This document shows, piece after piece, positions 32,023 through 43,500 of a stretch of DNA of 49,631 bases. The stretch lies in NCBI GenBank assembly GCA_900128395.1, contig LT649272.1, positions 1 through 49,631 on the forward strand, given 5' to 3'. Each line of letters opens with the position of its first letter. Position 1 is the first letter of the stretch. The translations under genes and the position numbers were made by a program. The notes beneath the pieces were generated by a model. The model did not search any database, was not told the DNA's origin, and was given only the letters and a program-made list of their open reading frames with translations. This stretch comes from Stramenopiles sp. TOSAG23-2. Its lineage: Eukaryota.

Positions 32023-33459
32023 CTCTGGGCGAATAATTACACGTCTAATTAATTGAAGTTTATCAAATGGATCATACACAGGAAGCCATACATATCCATT
32101 GTAGATGTCTCGCAATGCGATTTTGATAAATCTTGTTTTTTTTCTACCTTGTTTTCGTATCATATCTCCCATTACTGTGTTCCCGTCAGCATTGTAACCA
32201 AATTTTTCTACCCCATATTTAATTGTAACTTTCAATGGCGTACCTTCTCTTAACGTCTGATTGTTAAAACATGGATTTCTTACCGATACGTATTCATCAC
32301 CTTTTTTTGTATATGTATTATCCTGTGCTTTAATATTAACAATCAAATTATCATATATATCCAATTCATCAATTGGTATTTTGAACAATGGATTCTTTTT
32401 ATCTCTATTATCTAAATGTTTCTTTTTATATATATTGACGTCTTCAATTAATTGTACTTTGTTCAGTTTCGTAAAGCCAGGTTTTGTACTTAATATTTGC
32501 ATATCGTCTAGTTTAATGTCATAGGTAATGCCGTCGTTGTTTGCATTGATACTTTCGATTTTGGCGCTAAATTCTGTTTCAATCATATCTTGCCATGGTA
32601 TTGTATTTGTATTGAAGAGGTATTCCGCATCATTAATTTCTGGATGATCCAGATCCGACCCTAGTCTTATTGTCTTATGTGGTAAAAATCTTCCTTTTAT
32701 TGTTTCTAATTTTTTACCTCCTCCTTCTAGCTCCACTTCCACTTTAAGTACTTTCTCTATATATTGTCTATATGCAATTCCAATTTGAAATTCTCTGATA
32801 TGTTCATGTATAACTTCCCATTCTATCCCTTGAGGAGCCTGTTCATCAAAGACTTTCTCTTCTACCTTTTCTTTTGGCAGTGGTGCACGCTTTAAGTCGG
32901 GAATTTCCTCAATTACTTTCTTTTTTTTCCTAACCTTAACTTCTACTGTTTTTTCTTCAATAATGTCAACTTTCTTTTCTACTATCTCTGGTTCCATTGG
33001 CGGTTTTTCTTCTACAAGTAAATATTTATTCATAAATAAATCTACATCATCATCATATGAATATGGATCGTAAAGTGGTAAAAAACATAATTTAGAATAT
33101 TTACTAACATGTTGCGTTTGTTCTCCTGGTTTCGTATATTCAATTACTCTAACATAGTCTATTAGTAAGTTTTCATTTTTATGGCATTTTACTAATGGCT
33201 TTTCAAATACACCAAACATGTCTATTCCATCATTTACTTCAAATGATTTAATTATTTTTCTCTGTGCAAGTATCTTTGTCCCTTTTCGTAAAACCTGTTT
33301 TTCTGTCACCGGTGCTTGTACACGAAAGACGTCATGTTGATCATGTTGTACCATTTTATATTGGTCTAACTTTTGTCTAAAAGCTAGTTGTCTTGCATAG
33401 TTTGGATCTGTACCGACAATATATTGTATTGTATCACCCGATGATATCATGGAAGACAT
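31159..33459 (-). CDS. Uncharacterised 766-aa protein with Tudor/SH3-like modules and a poly-Glu tract
   Basis: Long ORF with YFPGTITSINDNGTFNVLFDDG, GEKVLA...YKIGTIDYLDEGAGTVSINFVNGE and AKIESIN..DGITYDIKLDD; repeated LP(L/V)YDP. Confidence 0.75.
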
Positions 33460-34049
33460 TGTATTAATTTCAATACACTAACACAACAGACGCGTATATA
33501 CAAATTGTTTCTTTCTTTCGGTGTGAATAAGTTAAATATATGTATATATTACAGATGGAATTACTGTATTAGTGTGTGTGTGTGTGTTTGTATAATATGT
33601 ATATTATAGTAATTTTAACTGTATTATGGTGGTCACAGTTTAAGTTGTTTGTTGGTGGTGGAAATATTATTAATATTATTTTTTAGTGCATCATCTTCTC
33701 CGCATCAGCATTTATAATATCAAAAAAATGCTGCTGCAAAATCTTGGCCTTTACTTTGCTGGTTTGCTGGGAAAACTGGTTGATTTTTTTTTGATAAAAA
33801 AAATTTTATATATTATACAGGCAATAGCATTAAATACTAGTCGTCTAGCACTCTGACAAAAGTAAAAAGTAGTCGCTGGCACCACTCCTCGGTCGTCTAG
33901 CATGTTGCTCTAGGTCGTCAGGTAAATTATTTCATCATTTTGAAATTATTTACACATCGCACCATCCAAAGAAAATGTAAAAAACATTTATGCAAAATTA
34001 TACGCTGAAACAAGTTACAGTGGAAGGCATTTGAACGCTGATATAGATC

Positions 34050-36005
34050 ATGTATATAAAGTCTTCACCGATGTTCAAGACAATAATAATAATATTTTCA
34101 ATAATAATAATATTTATAATTCAACCAATTGTTACAAATGACATAATAATAGAAGAGGATGCAATAACAAGTGGACGGGTTGTATCCAGTGTATCAGATG
34201 ATCCATCCACTTACAATTATGTAAATGCATGTAATTTAATTTCTTCTCCAAATAGCAATCCAAATATTTATGATAATTTTAGACGCATTCAATCATATAT
34301 AGAAATTGTTGAACCAACTGATTTATGGACTGCCGAAGCGTATCTACGATATATTGTACAAAATTGCTCATTTATTGTAAATAATAAAACAATATTTAAT
34401 AAAGTAATACAAATAGATACATATGGCAATCCATATTTACACGGTTTTGCAATCGATGATCAAAGTCCAGTACATGTTAGTGCATTAGCAATGCGATTTG
34501 GTGCTTTTATAGGGAAAATTTCAAACATGATATTTAATAATCATAAATATAATGATGATATACAAACTGTTTTAGAAATTGGAGGTGGCATGGGTGCATT
34601 CGCAGTCATTGCAACTGATATATTTCAATTTGATTCATATACCATTGTTGATATTTCAGAAGCTATAAATGTACAAAAAAAATTCATATCGCATTTTCCG
34701 GAAGTTTCATCAAAAATGAAATATATCGATGGAAAAAAAATTTATAAATCCATGATGATGGACAATACGAAATATAATCATCATCACAAATATGCTTCGT
34801 ATGATTTATGTATATCAACATATGCATTTTCAGAATTAACATTGAATTATCGCGAAGCTTATTTTGAAATATTTATTAAAAACAATTGTAAATATGGATT
34901 TTTCATAGATAATGGTGAATGCTTTCGTCAATTAAAAACTGCACATTTAAAACTTGATGTAACTGAAATTGCAAAGCGATTATCATCAACTGGTTTAATC
35001 GAAACTAAAATTATCGATGAAATGCCTTCTTCAACAGGTAATAGTGGTAATTGCAATAATTACGAATTTTATTTTTGGCCAAGAAAAAGAGAAAAGTATG
35101 TATTAGATAGAGGATTATCCAACCATGAAGTGGATATAAAACGCAAAGAAAACAATCATATTCTTGATGTTACTTTTAACCCAAGTATCAAAAAGTATTT
35201 ACGATATCGGTGCCATCAACAAGGACCAAAAAGTGGAGGATGGTCTGATCGCTGGAAAGGGGCCGTATTTACATACATGTTATCTAAGAAACTTGGTCGG
35301 ACGTTCAAAATGCTATGGGATGGATCGTTGCATCTCAAAACGGTTTTTGAAGAGAATGATATTCTTCAAGACATTACGACAACCGATAAAAACTCTTGTT
35401 ACCCAGTGAAATGGTATGATCAAACGCCAATAGCACCAATTCCATCCTTATTGAAAATACCAAATGGATGTATAGATCTTTATACAAATATTATACCAGA
35501 TACATTTAAACCTGAATATAACGCTGCTGCAAATGAGCTATGGTCTCAATTAAATCTAAAAAATGATATTCAAATGACAATTCAAAGTGCGCCAGAGAAT
35601 ATGACATGTGCACAAATTCGAAATGGACCTTCAAAATACTTTCCAGATTATCCAAATAATTACGGCTTTCATGGATCGGATCCAACAGCTGCCAACGTAT
35701 ATGAAAGAAATGTATTTAAATGGTTGGGCAAATCATCGTTGGCGCATTTGTGGACTGATTCCATAGAGCAAGAGGAAAGATGGAGAAAATATAACCCAAA
35801 TGCATTTTTTGTCAATGGTCCTATAACACATATGGCTTTCAACTCATCAGAAAAAGGTTTAAAACGTGCAGTAATCCAATGGGGTTTAATTCAAAAATGT
35901 AAAATTATTGCGCCACATTCGGGTTATATTTTTGGAGGGCTTTTCTTGGCTACTTCGTATGCCCAATGCTTACAACTCGATGGTTCGTTCAAATATTGCC
36001 GATAG
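34050..36005 (+). CDS. Signal-anchored fusion of a putative sugar O-methyltransferase and a fucosyltransferase-like (GT-B) domain
   Basis: N-terminal TM. SAM-binding motifs VLEIGGGMG, YTIVDI and YDLCISTYAFSEL. C-terminal GGWSDRWKG...LGRTF, AQIRNG and LWTDS resemble the conserved motifs of alpha-1,2/alpha-1,6/O-fucosyltransferases. Confidence 0.75.
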   Translation: MYIKSSPMFKTIIIIFSIIIIFIIQPIVTNDIIIEEDAITSGRVVSSVSDDPSTYNYVNACNLISSPNSNPNIYDNFRRIQSYIEIVEPTDLWTAEAYLRYIVQNCSFIVNNKTIFNKVIQIDTYGNPYLHGFAIDDQSPVHVSALAMRFGAFIGKISNMIFNNHKYNDDIQTVLEIGGGMGAFAVIATDIFQFDSYTIVDISEAINVQKKFISHFPEVSSKMKYIDGKKIYKSMMMDNTKYNHHHKYASYDLCISTYAFSELTLNYREAYFEIFIKNNCKYGFFIDNGECFRQLKTAHLKLDVTEIAKRLSSTGLIETKIIDEMPSSTGNSGNCNNYEFYFWPRKREKYVLDRGLSNHEVDIKRKENNHILDVTFNPSIKKYLRYRCHQQGPKSGGWSDRWKGAVFTYMLSKKLGRTFKMLWDGSLHLKTVFEENDILQDITTTDKNSCYPVKWYDQTPIAPIPSLLKIPNGCIDLYTNIIPDTFKPEYNAAANELWSQLNLKNDIQMTIQSAPENMTCAQIRNGPSKYFPDYPNNYGFHGSDPTAANVYERNVFKWLGKSSLAHLWTDSIEQEERWRKYNPNAFFVNGPITHMAFNSSEKGLKRAVIQWGLIQKCKIIAPHSGYIFGGLFLATSYAQCLQLDGSFKYCR

Positions 36006-36393
36006 CACGGTACTGTACATTGGAAAAAATGAGAAAGGGCCCATATGTATGAAACTATTAATGTGATGGTTCCAAATGCGGCGTATGATTACACGTATGA
36101 TATTCGTATGGTATATTAATTATAAGTTAATACGAATATCATATTATATGCATAATGCAATAATGCATATGATTTAATATCTGATAAAAATGAGATATTA
36201 AATTATCTCAAAAACTATACTCTTTTTTAAAATGAACACTTTTGACATTGATATCATGAGAGACAAATAAATTTCAATAAATAAATTTATGAATATTTTA
36301 TCATAATATGATGCGTAATTATCATTATTTAAATTAACCGTTCTAGCAAAAGGTTATAGATATACGCAGAAAAGTCCATTGGAGCTGACAAAA

Positions 36394-36750
36394 ATGTTCG
36401 TCTTTCATTTTAGAAACAAACCGGATAATGTAAATCGCGAACGGGTGTTCAATATATTACGCGCATGTTACTCAGCTTGGAAGAAACAAGAGCAAGAAGT
36501 TGATGTTGTACGTATGGCAATTACAGCAGCAATTGCCAGCGGATGGTTCTCCAGAAGGCAAAATGAGGATATGGTTGGTTGGATGAAATTCATTGCTGTT
36601 AAAGATGGTTGGTTGCATGATAAACATCCTGGTAAAGATCAATTCGATTGCCCATATTGTAATGAATCTGGAGAATGGGTTGGAATTCGATGTGGTACAT
36701 GTGGACAATTATGGGATTTACAAGATGAACATGCAATATTGTTGCGTTAA
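36394..36750 (+). CDS. Small hypothetical protein with a C-terminal CxxC..CxxC zinc ribbon; possibly 5'-incomplete
   Basis: 118 codons from ATG 36394, coding-like composition, CPYC-x10-CGTC; the frame is open a short way upstream. Confidence 0.5.
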   Translation: MFVFHFRNKPDNVNRERVFNILRACYSAWKKQEQEVDVVRMAITAAIASGWFSRRQNEDMVGWMKFIAVKDGWLHDKHPGKDQFDCPYCNESGEWVGIRCGTCGQLWDLQDEHAILLR

Positions 36751-37002
36751 AAGTATATTAATCTTGAAAGTATTTTTATAAGCAACTTAACCTATACTGC
36801 AGTATTTTTTATTTTTTTGCCAGGAGAGTATAGTATAATTATTTTTTGTTTAAGGTGTTTGGTCCAAAAAAGAAACTCAAATTACTAGCATTTTAATTTG
36901 TACATGAGCACAGCATTACATTTTTACAGCCTTTCTGCTATAAAAACACTATACGAAATACTTTCCTATTCACCAGTATACTATTACATACCATTACGAG
37001 TT

Positions 37003-37056
37003 CCGAGATCCGAGAGCTAATCCGAGAGGACGAGAGGACGAGAGGACACGAGAGGA
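37003..37056. repeat. Short CGAGA(GGA) tandem motif cluster upstream of the myosin gene
   Basis: CCGAGATCCGAGAGCTAATCCGAGAGGACGAGAGGACGAGAGGACACGAGAGGA. Confidence 0.7.
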
Positions 37057-37562
37057 GTTGGTAGCTTTAATAGTTGGTAGTTTAAGTTGGTGATCATAGT
37101 TTTATGTTACCACAGGCTTACCAGGCTTACACGATGATGGTGGTAGGAGTCAAAGAGTGATGATTCAGTTTTTACCAGTAATACAGTATTATAATAGAAT
37201 AATATTGGCCTCTCGTTCCGCAAAAAAAGATAATTATCTTTTTCTTTTCTATTATAGTTGTACACAGTATTATACTATTGCCATAGTAATTCGAGATATC
37301 TTTTCGCTTCGTTCTTTCGTGTTGTGTTGTTGTTGCTGCGATCAAAAAATTATTATAATACATCATAATAATAATAATACACTTACACTGTGATCTGTGA
37401 TACTACCAAATAATAATGTATAGATATTTAATATCAGTGTGACTAAATTGCACACATAACATAAATACCAACATTTCAATTTTCTTTCTATATTTTAATT
37501 ACAAATACTTATTTTTATATTGATAGGAAAGCGAATTTTAATACATAATATATTTTATCAGA

Positions 37563-40500
37563 ATGGCAGTGAAGTTTGATACAGATAGTTGGGTTTGGTG
37601 CCCTGACGAAGAAGATTTATTTTTACCAGGTAAAGTAAAAGCTACTTTTAAACGAGGCGAAGTTGGAAATGTTACATTCTCTAACGGAGAGGAACATACT
37701 ATCAGTGCTAAAGATTCAGAGTCATTGATGGTTTGCGATGAGCAAAGTTTAGCACCAATTGAGAATATGGTTCAGTTAAATGATTTGAACAATCCAAGTA
37801 TATTACACAATCTAAGAATTCGATTCCAGCAAGATACCATTTATACAAGTGTTGGACAAATTCTTGTGTCTGTAAATCCATTCAAGTTATTACCAATATA
37901 TACCCCTGAGTGGTTAGATAAATACAAATCTGGTTCCAGAGGACAGCCACCACATTGTTACGGTGTTGCTGATGATGCGTATAGACAAATGATCAATAAT
38001 GGTGATAATCATGCTATTATCATATCTGGTGAATCTGGCGCAGGAAAAACTGAAGCGATGAAACTGGTTTTACAATACGTTGCTGAGGTCAGTGGAAAAA
38101 AAGAAACTGATGGCCCATCTTTAGAGGAAAAAATATTAAAAGCCAATCCTGTCATGGAAGCATTTGGAAATGCGAAGACAACGCGCAATAATAATTCTTC
38201 TCGCTTCGGAAAATGGACTGAAATTAATTTTGATAAAGGCGGTGCAATTATTGGTGGCAGAATCATTAATTATTTACTTGAAAAATCACGTGTAGTTACT
38301 CAATCTGAAAACGAAAGAAATTATCATATTTTTTACCAATTACTTGCTGGAGCTGAAAAAACAAGTAACGAGTCAGATCCTACAAAAAATTTAAAAACGA
38401 AATATGGTTTAGGGGAAGCACAAGATTATCTTTACACAAACCCTGGAAATCGTTTGCAGGCAAACAAAGGCGAAGGTACAACGGTACATGGCATTAACGA
38501 TGAACGTGAATTTGATGATTTATTATCAGCTATGAAAGTTATTGACATGACTCCTGCTGAAGTTGACAATGTTTTAAGAATCGTTACAGCTATTTTAAAT
38601 TTAGGAAACGTGAGTTACGTCCCTGACCCAGCTGCGCAAGGCGAGGATAAAGTTAAAGTAGGGGATGAAGGCCCATTGGACAAATTTTGTGAGCTTCTTG
38701 CGGTAGACAAAGCCATTATGTTACGCTCCTTGATTAGCCGTGGAATTGGCGCACATTCTGTTATTCAAGTTTCTTATACGTTGGAAGAAGCAACGCAAAC
38801 GCGCGACGCGCTTGCAAAGACAATATATGGGAATTTGTTTGATTGGTTAGTTCGTAAAATCAACACAACACTTACAGTGGAAGGATCATTTGCAAATATA
38901 ATTGGCGTGCTTGACATCTTTGGTTTTGAAAGTTTTGAAAAAAACTCGTTTGAACAGCTTTGCATTAATTATTGCAATGAGAAATTACAATTTCATTTCA
39001 ACGAGCATATCTTTAAACTTGAGCAAGAACAATATAAGAGTGAAGGTGTTTCCGTTGATAATATTACATTTGAGGATAACCAGCCAGCACTGGATTTAAT
39101 TGAGAAAAAACGCATTGGTATCATTGCGATGATTGACGAAGAAATTCGCACTCCTAAAGGAAACGATGTTAAAATGCTTAGGAAACTAGACAAAGAATAT
39201 GCAACGAAAGGAAAGGAACATAAGAATTACCAGAAACCAAAACCAAGAGCAAAAGATTCAGAAAAAAGTTTTATTTTCAAACATTATGCCGGCCCTGTAT
39301 GCTACGATGTTACCAACTTCATGGAAAAGTCTAAAGATACGTTACATGCGGATGTAGCTAGTGCAATGCAAATATCGAAAGATCCAATTATACAAGGACT
39401 ATTCCCTATCAAAGCGCCTGAAGCCAGTTCTGGTGGTGGACGACGTGGACGTGGTGGTGGTAAAAAATCTTCTAAGAAAACTCTAGGGACTCAATTTAAA
39501 GAACAATTGAATTCCTTAATGAAGATTTTAAATTCGACATGCCCTCATTTCATTCGATGTTTCAAACCAAATAAAGAAAAGAGAGGTGATATTTTTACAT
39601 CTGATATGATGATGCAGCAGTTGAATTACGCCGGTTTGTTAGAAGTTTGCAGAATTCGCCAAATTGGATACCCAATTCGTCATGAATTTGATGCGTTCTT
39701 TAAACGTTACACTTGTCTTGATCCGTCTGCAGGTGATTTGGATGCTCTATTGGGTAAATTGACAGGTGGAGTTTTAGATGCCAAAGACTTTGCAAAGGGC
39801 AATACGAAAGTATTCCTTCGTAATGCACAAGCACAAGAACTTGAAACCGCACGGGAAACTGCGTTATCCAAGGTTGCAACAAAGATGCAAGCATTTGCCA
39901 GAAGATTTATGCAACGTATCAAACATAAACGCTACTTAGCAATTATTCAATCTTTGACCAAGGCTGTTGGAGACAGAGACGGCGATCAAATTGAGCATTG
40001 GGTACGTCAAGCAGGCGAGTTACCTTTCAGGGGGTCTCATTTAAAAATTGTTCGAGATGCAGCAGCATTACTAGAAGTTATTAAAGAGGAACGACGTGTG
40101 GAACAATTACTTAAAGATGCAATTGCAAAAAGAGAAATCAACGGCCTTTTAGGTGCAATTTCAACTGCTGAAGAAATGAAAATGTCATCCGAAGCATTAA
40201 CTAGCGCAAAGAATCTTGTTGGAAGAATTCAAGAAGAAACGAAGGTTATTGCAGAATTAGCAGACGCGTTGAAACAGCGGGACAGGGCAGCATTAGAAGC
40301 ATGCAAGAAAAAAGCGGAAGATTTAGAATTAAACGATACTGCTGAATTTAAACAAGCTGCTGCATTACTTGAACGGATACGTTTGGAAGAGGAAGCTGTG
40401 GGTCAATTAGAGCAGGCAATGAGTAGTGAAAACGTGAATGAATTACAAGCATACCTACAACAAATGGTTGAGATGGGTCTAGACGATGCAACACGTTTCC

Positions 40501-43500
40501 CCCATTTCGTCGATACTATCCAAGGTGCTAAAAGAACGTTAGAAACATTAAAGACTAGAAATAACGAGAAGCAGTCTTTGTTGAACGCGATGGAAAAATC
40601 CGATATTGGCAATCTTGAAAAAGTATTAGCAAGTGCAACTGCATGTGGTGTTGATGCTGAGACATTAGCCAGTGCAAAAACGGCTTTAGAACGCATGAGA
40701 AAAGAAGAAGCAGTCATGAAAGTTGTTGCAAGTGCTATTGCTAGCGAATCTATCGACAAGTTAGAAGATGCATTAGACCAAGCATCGGCTTTAAATCTTT
40801 ACAACGATGACATTGGAAAAGCAAAAAGTTTAAAATCACAATTAGAAGCTAAGGAAAGTGCTAAAACTGCATTGAGCGATGCATTAAAAGCAGAAAATGC
40901 CGATGCTATCAGTTCCAGTTTGGCAGCAGCATTGAAACTTGGTGTCACTGGTAGTGAAATTACAAATGCCGAAACATTTTTAAGCAAGTTAGGAGCAAAA
41001 GCACAAATTCTTGGAAAATTAGCATCTGCTGGAAACAGTTTATCTGAATTGGATGGTGTCATCGATGAATTAAAAGCAATGGATGGAATGGAAGCTACTG
41101 TTGAAAAAGCAATGGAGACTCGTGCTAAGCTATTGGAGCAACAAACTGCGGAAGAAAGTATTCAAAGTGCAATAAAGAAAGAAGATTATGACGCGTTAAT
41201 GGTAGCAATCAAAAATGCAGATTCTAGCGGTCTATCTACAAATCCGTTGAAAGCAGAAGTTATGAAAATGGCGGATGAATCACTGCAAAAATTGCGTGTT
41301 ATTCAATCGGCTCTAACTGATTTAAAAGCAGCAATTGATTCCAGGGAAAAAAAGAATATTGTTTCTCAATTAGAAGTTGCCAAGGGGCTTGGAGTTGAAG
41401 GATACCCAGAGTGTGATCGCGCAAGAGCATTATTAGAGTCACTGGAAAAAGAAGCAAAATTGACTAATGATATCGAAGAAGCCTTGAAGACGAAAGATAT
41501 GGATACGTTGACAAAATTATGGAATACTGCAGATAAAATAGGTTTAAACAACACTGCCGTTCAAAATGCAGGCATGCTTGTTAACAGAGAGAAAACTATG
41601 AAGGCTACCTTGGATAAGATTAAAACTGCAACCGAGACATGGGATTTAGATTTAATGAACGAATGCATGGAGTCATGCATCCAATTAGGCATTGAAGGAG
41701 ATGAAGTTACCGCAGCAAAGAAAACTTTAGAGGAAATGAACAAGGAAGCACAGCATGCATCCAAAATTCAAGCTGCTGCAAATACATTAAAAATGAAGTC
41801 ACAAAGTAAAAATGGTATTGTTGCAGCTGATATCAAACCATTAACAGATGCCATGGAAGCAAGTATTGCTGCCGGCCTTTCCGCAGAGTCAAAGAGTTAC
41901 TTGAAATTTTTGGGCATTAAAGAAAATGCAGAAGCACAATTAGCTATGTATGAAGAATTAAAAGCAGTCATTGCAGCAGTTGATAATAAATCTGCAGGGA
42001 CTATTTATGAAACTTTCAAGTTAATTTCAAAAGCGCACGATAAAGCACTTGATTTGAACATGGATGGAGTAGCATCTGTAGAAACAGTAAAGGCACTTTA
42101 CAGGGAGTATGATAAATTAGTCCAGGCAGCAAGAAGAGCGAGAAATGAAGCTAGCGATGAAGATTCAGAGGAAGAAAGTGATAGTGACGAGGAAGAAGAA
42201 GATGAAGAGGAAGTGGAAAGAAAAAGAGAAGAAGGGTATAAACGAGCATTGCAACCTCGATTCCATTTCACAAAATTTTCTCGTATCCGAAATCCCGAGG
42301 ATTACGTGCGTGGAATGTGGTTTGGAAAGAAAAAGGCAATGGATAACCAACTTCAGTGGCAAAACACTCAAATCAAAAAATCTATCACGGATGTTGATGG
42401 TAAAGCAACAAAGCTTTCGTTAAAAATTCACAAATGTATCTTAGGATATTGCGGTGAAAAGAGTATGAACTATCCTGATATGCTTGCACAAGATATTTTG
42501 AATACAGGTGTCGCGTATCCAGACGTATGCGATGAAATTTACGTACAAATATGCAAACATTTGACAAACAATGAGAACGAAGATAGTCGTGACCGATGTT
42601 GGCAACTACTATGTATGTGCGTCGGCACCTTTCCTCCTTCAGGGGAATTCAAAGATCATTTGTACAATTTCATATTGTCAAATAAAAGTGATGAAGGCTC
42701 GACAACAGAATACATACAATACGCATTACGTCGTCTTGAAGGAATTATTCACAATGGTGCATCTGGTTATGTTCCAGAAGTGGCAGAAATTGCAGCATAT
42801 AAGGAGAGACCGCCAATAGTAGTTACAATTGAACTTGTAGATGGTGGAACACTTACATCTGCATTACCAATTACACCCGACTTGAATGTGGGCAAAGTTA
42901 CTGAAATTTGCAACCATTTCTTGGATTTAGAGGATGATAGGAAGAAATATTTTGGTATTTTTCTAGTGGAGGATGATAGTAAATCAACCCCATTAGCTTC
43001 AAAAGTATTCATGGGGGATGAAGTTGTAAGGTTAAGACGTGCGAAAGCTGAAAATTTCAAATTTGTTTATAAGCGAAAGATATTCTTGAAACGAATAGAT
43101 CATGTATCGGAAAATGATGTCTACAATCGTTTGCAGTTTTTACAAACAGTAGATGAAATTATCATTGGAAATATCACAACTCCTACTGTTGAAAGTGCAG
43201 CCGAAACAGCAGCAGCGGCAGTATATGTCGACAATTCCGAAGATTTTGAAGACGATGAAATTCCAAGCAATGACGAGTTACTAGAAGATTTAGCCATAAT
43301 GGAATATGTTGCAGAATCGTGGAGGAATTCGTTAGAAGAAAATGAATGGGCAGATAAAATTGGGGCAAGAATCAAAACATTGATTGGACAAGATACAGAA
43401 GAGTTACAAAACTTAATTGTCGAAAATGCAAAAGATGATCCATTGTATGGAACTATAGTTTTCCGTTGTAAATTAAGTTCATTCGATGAGAAGACTGCAC

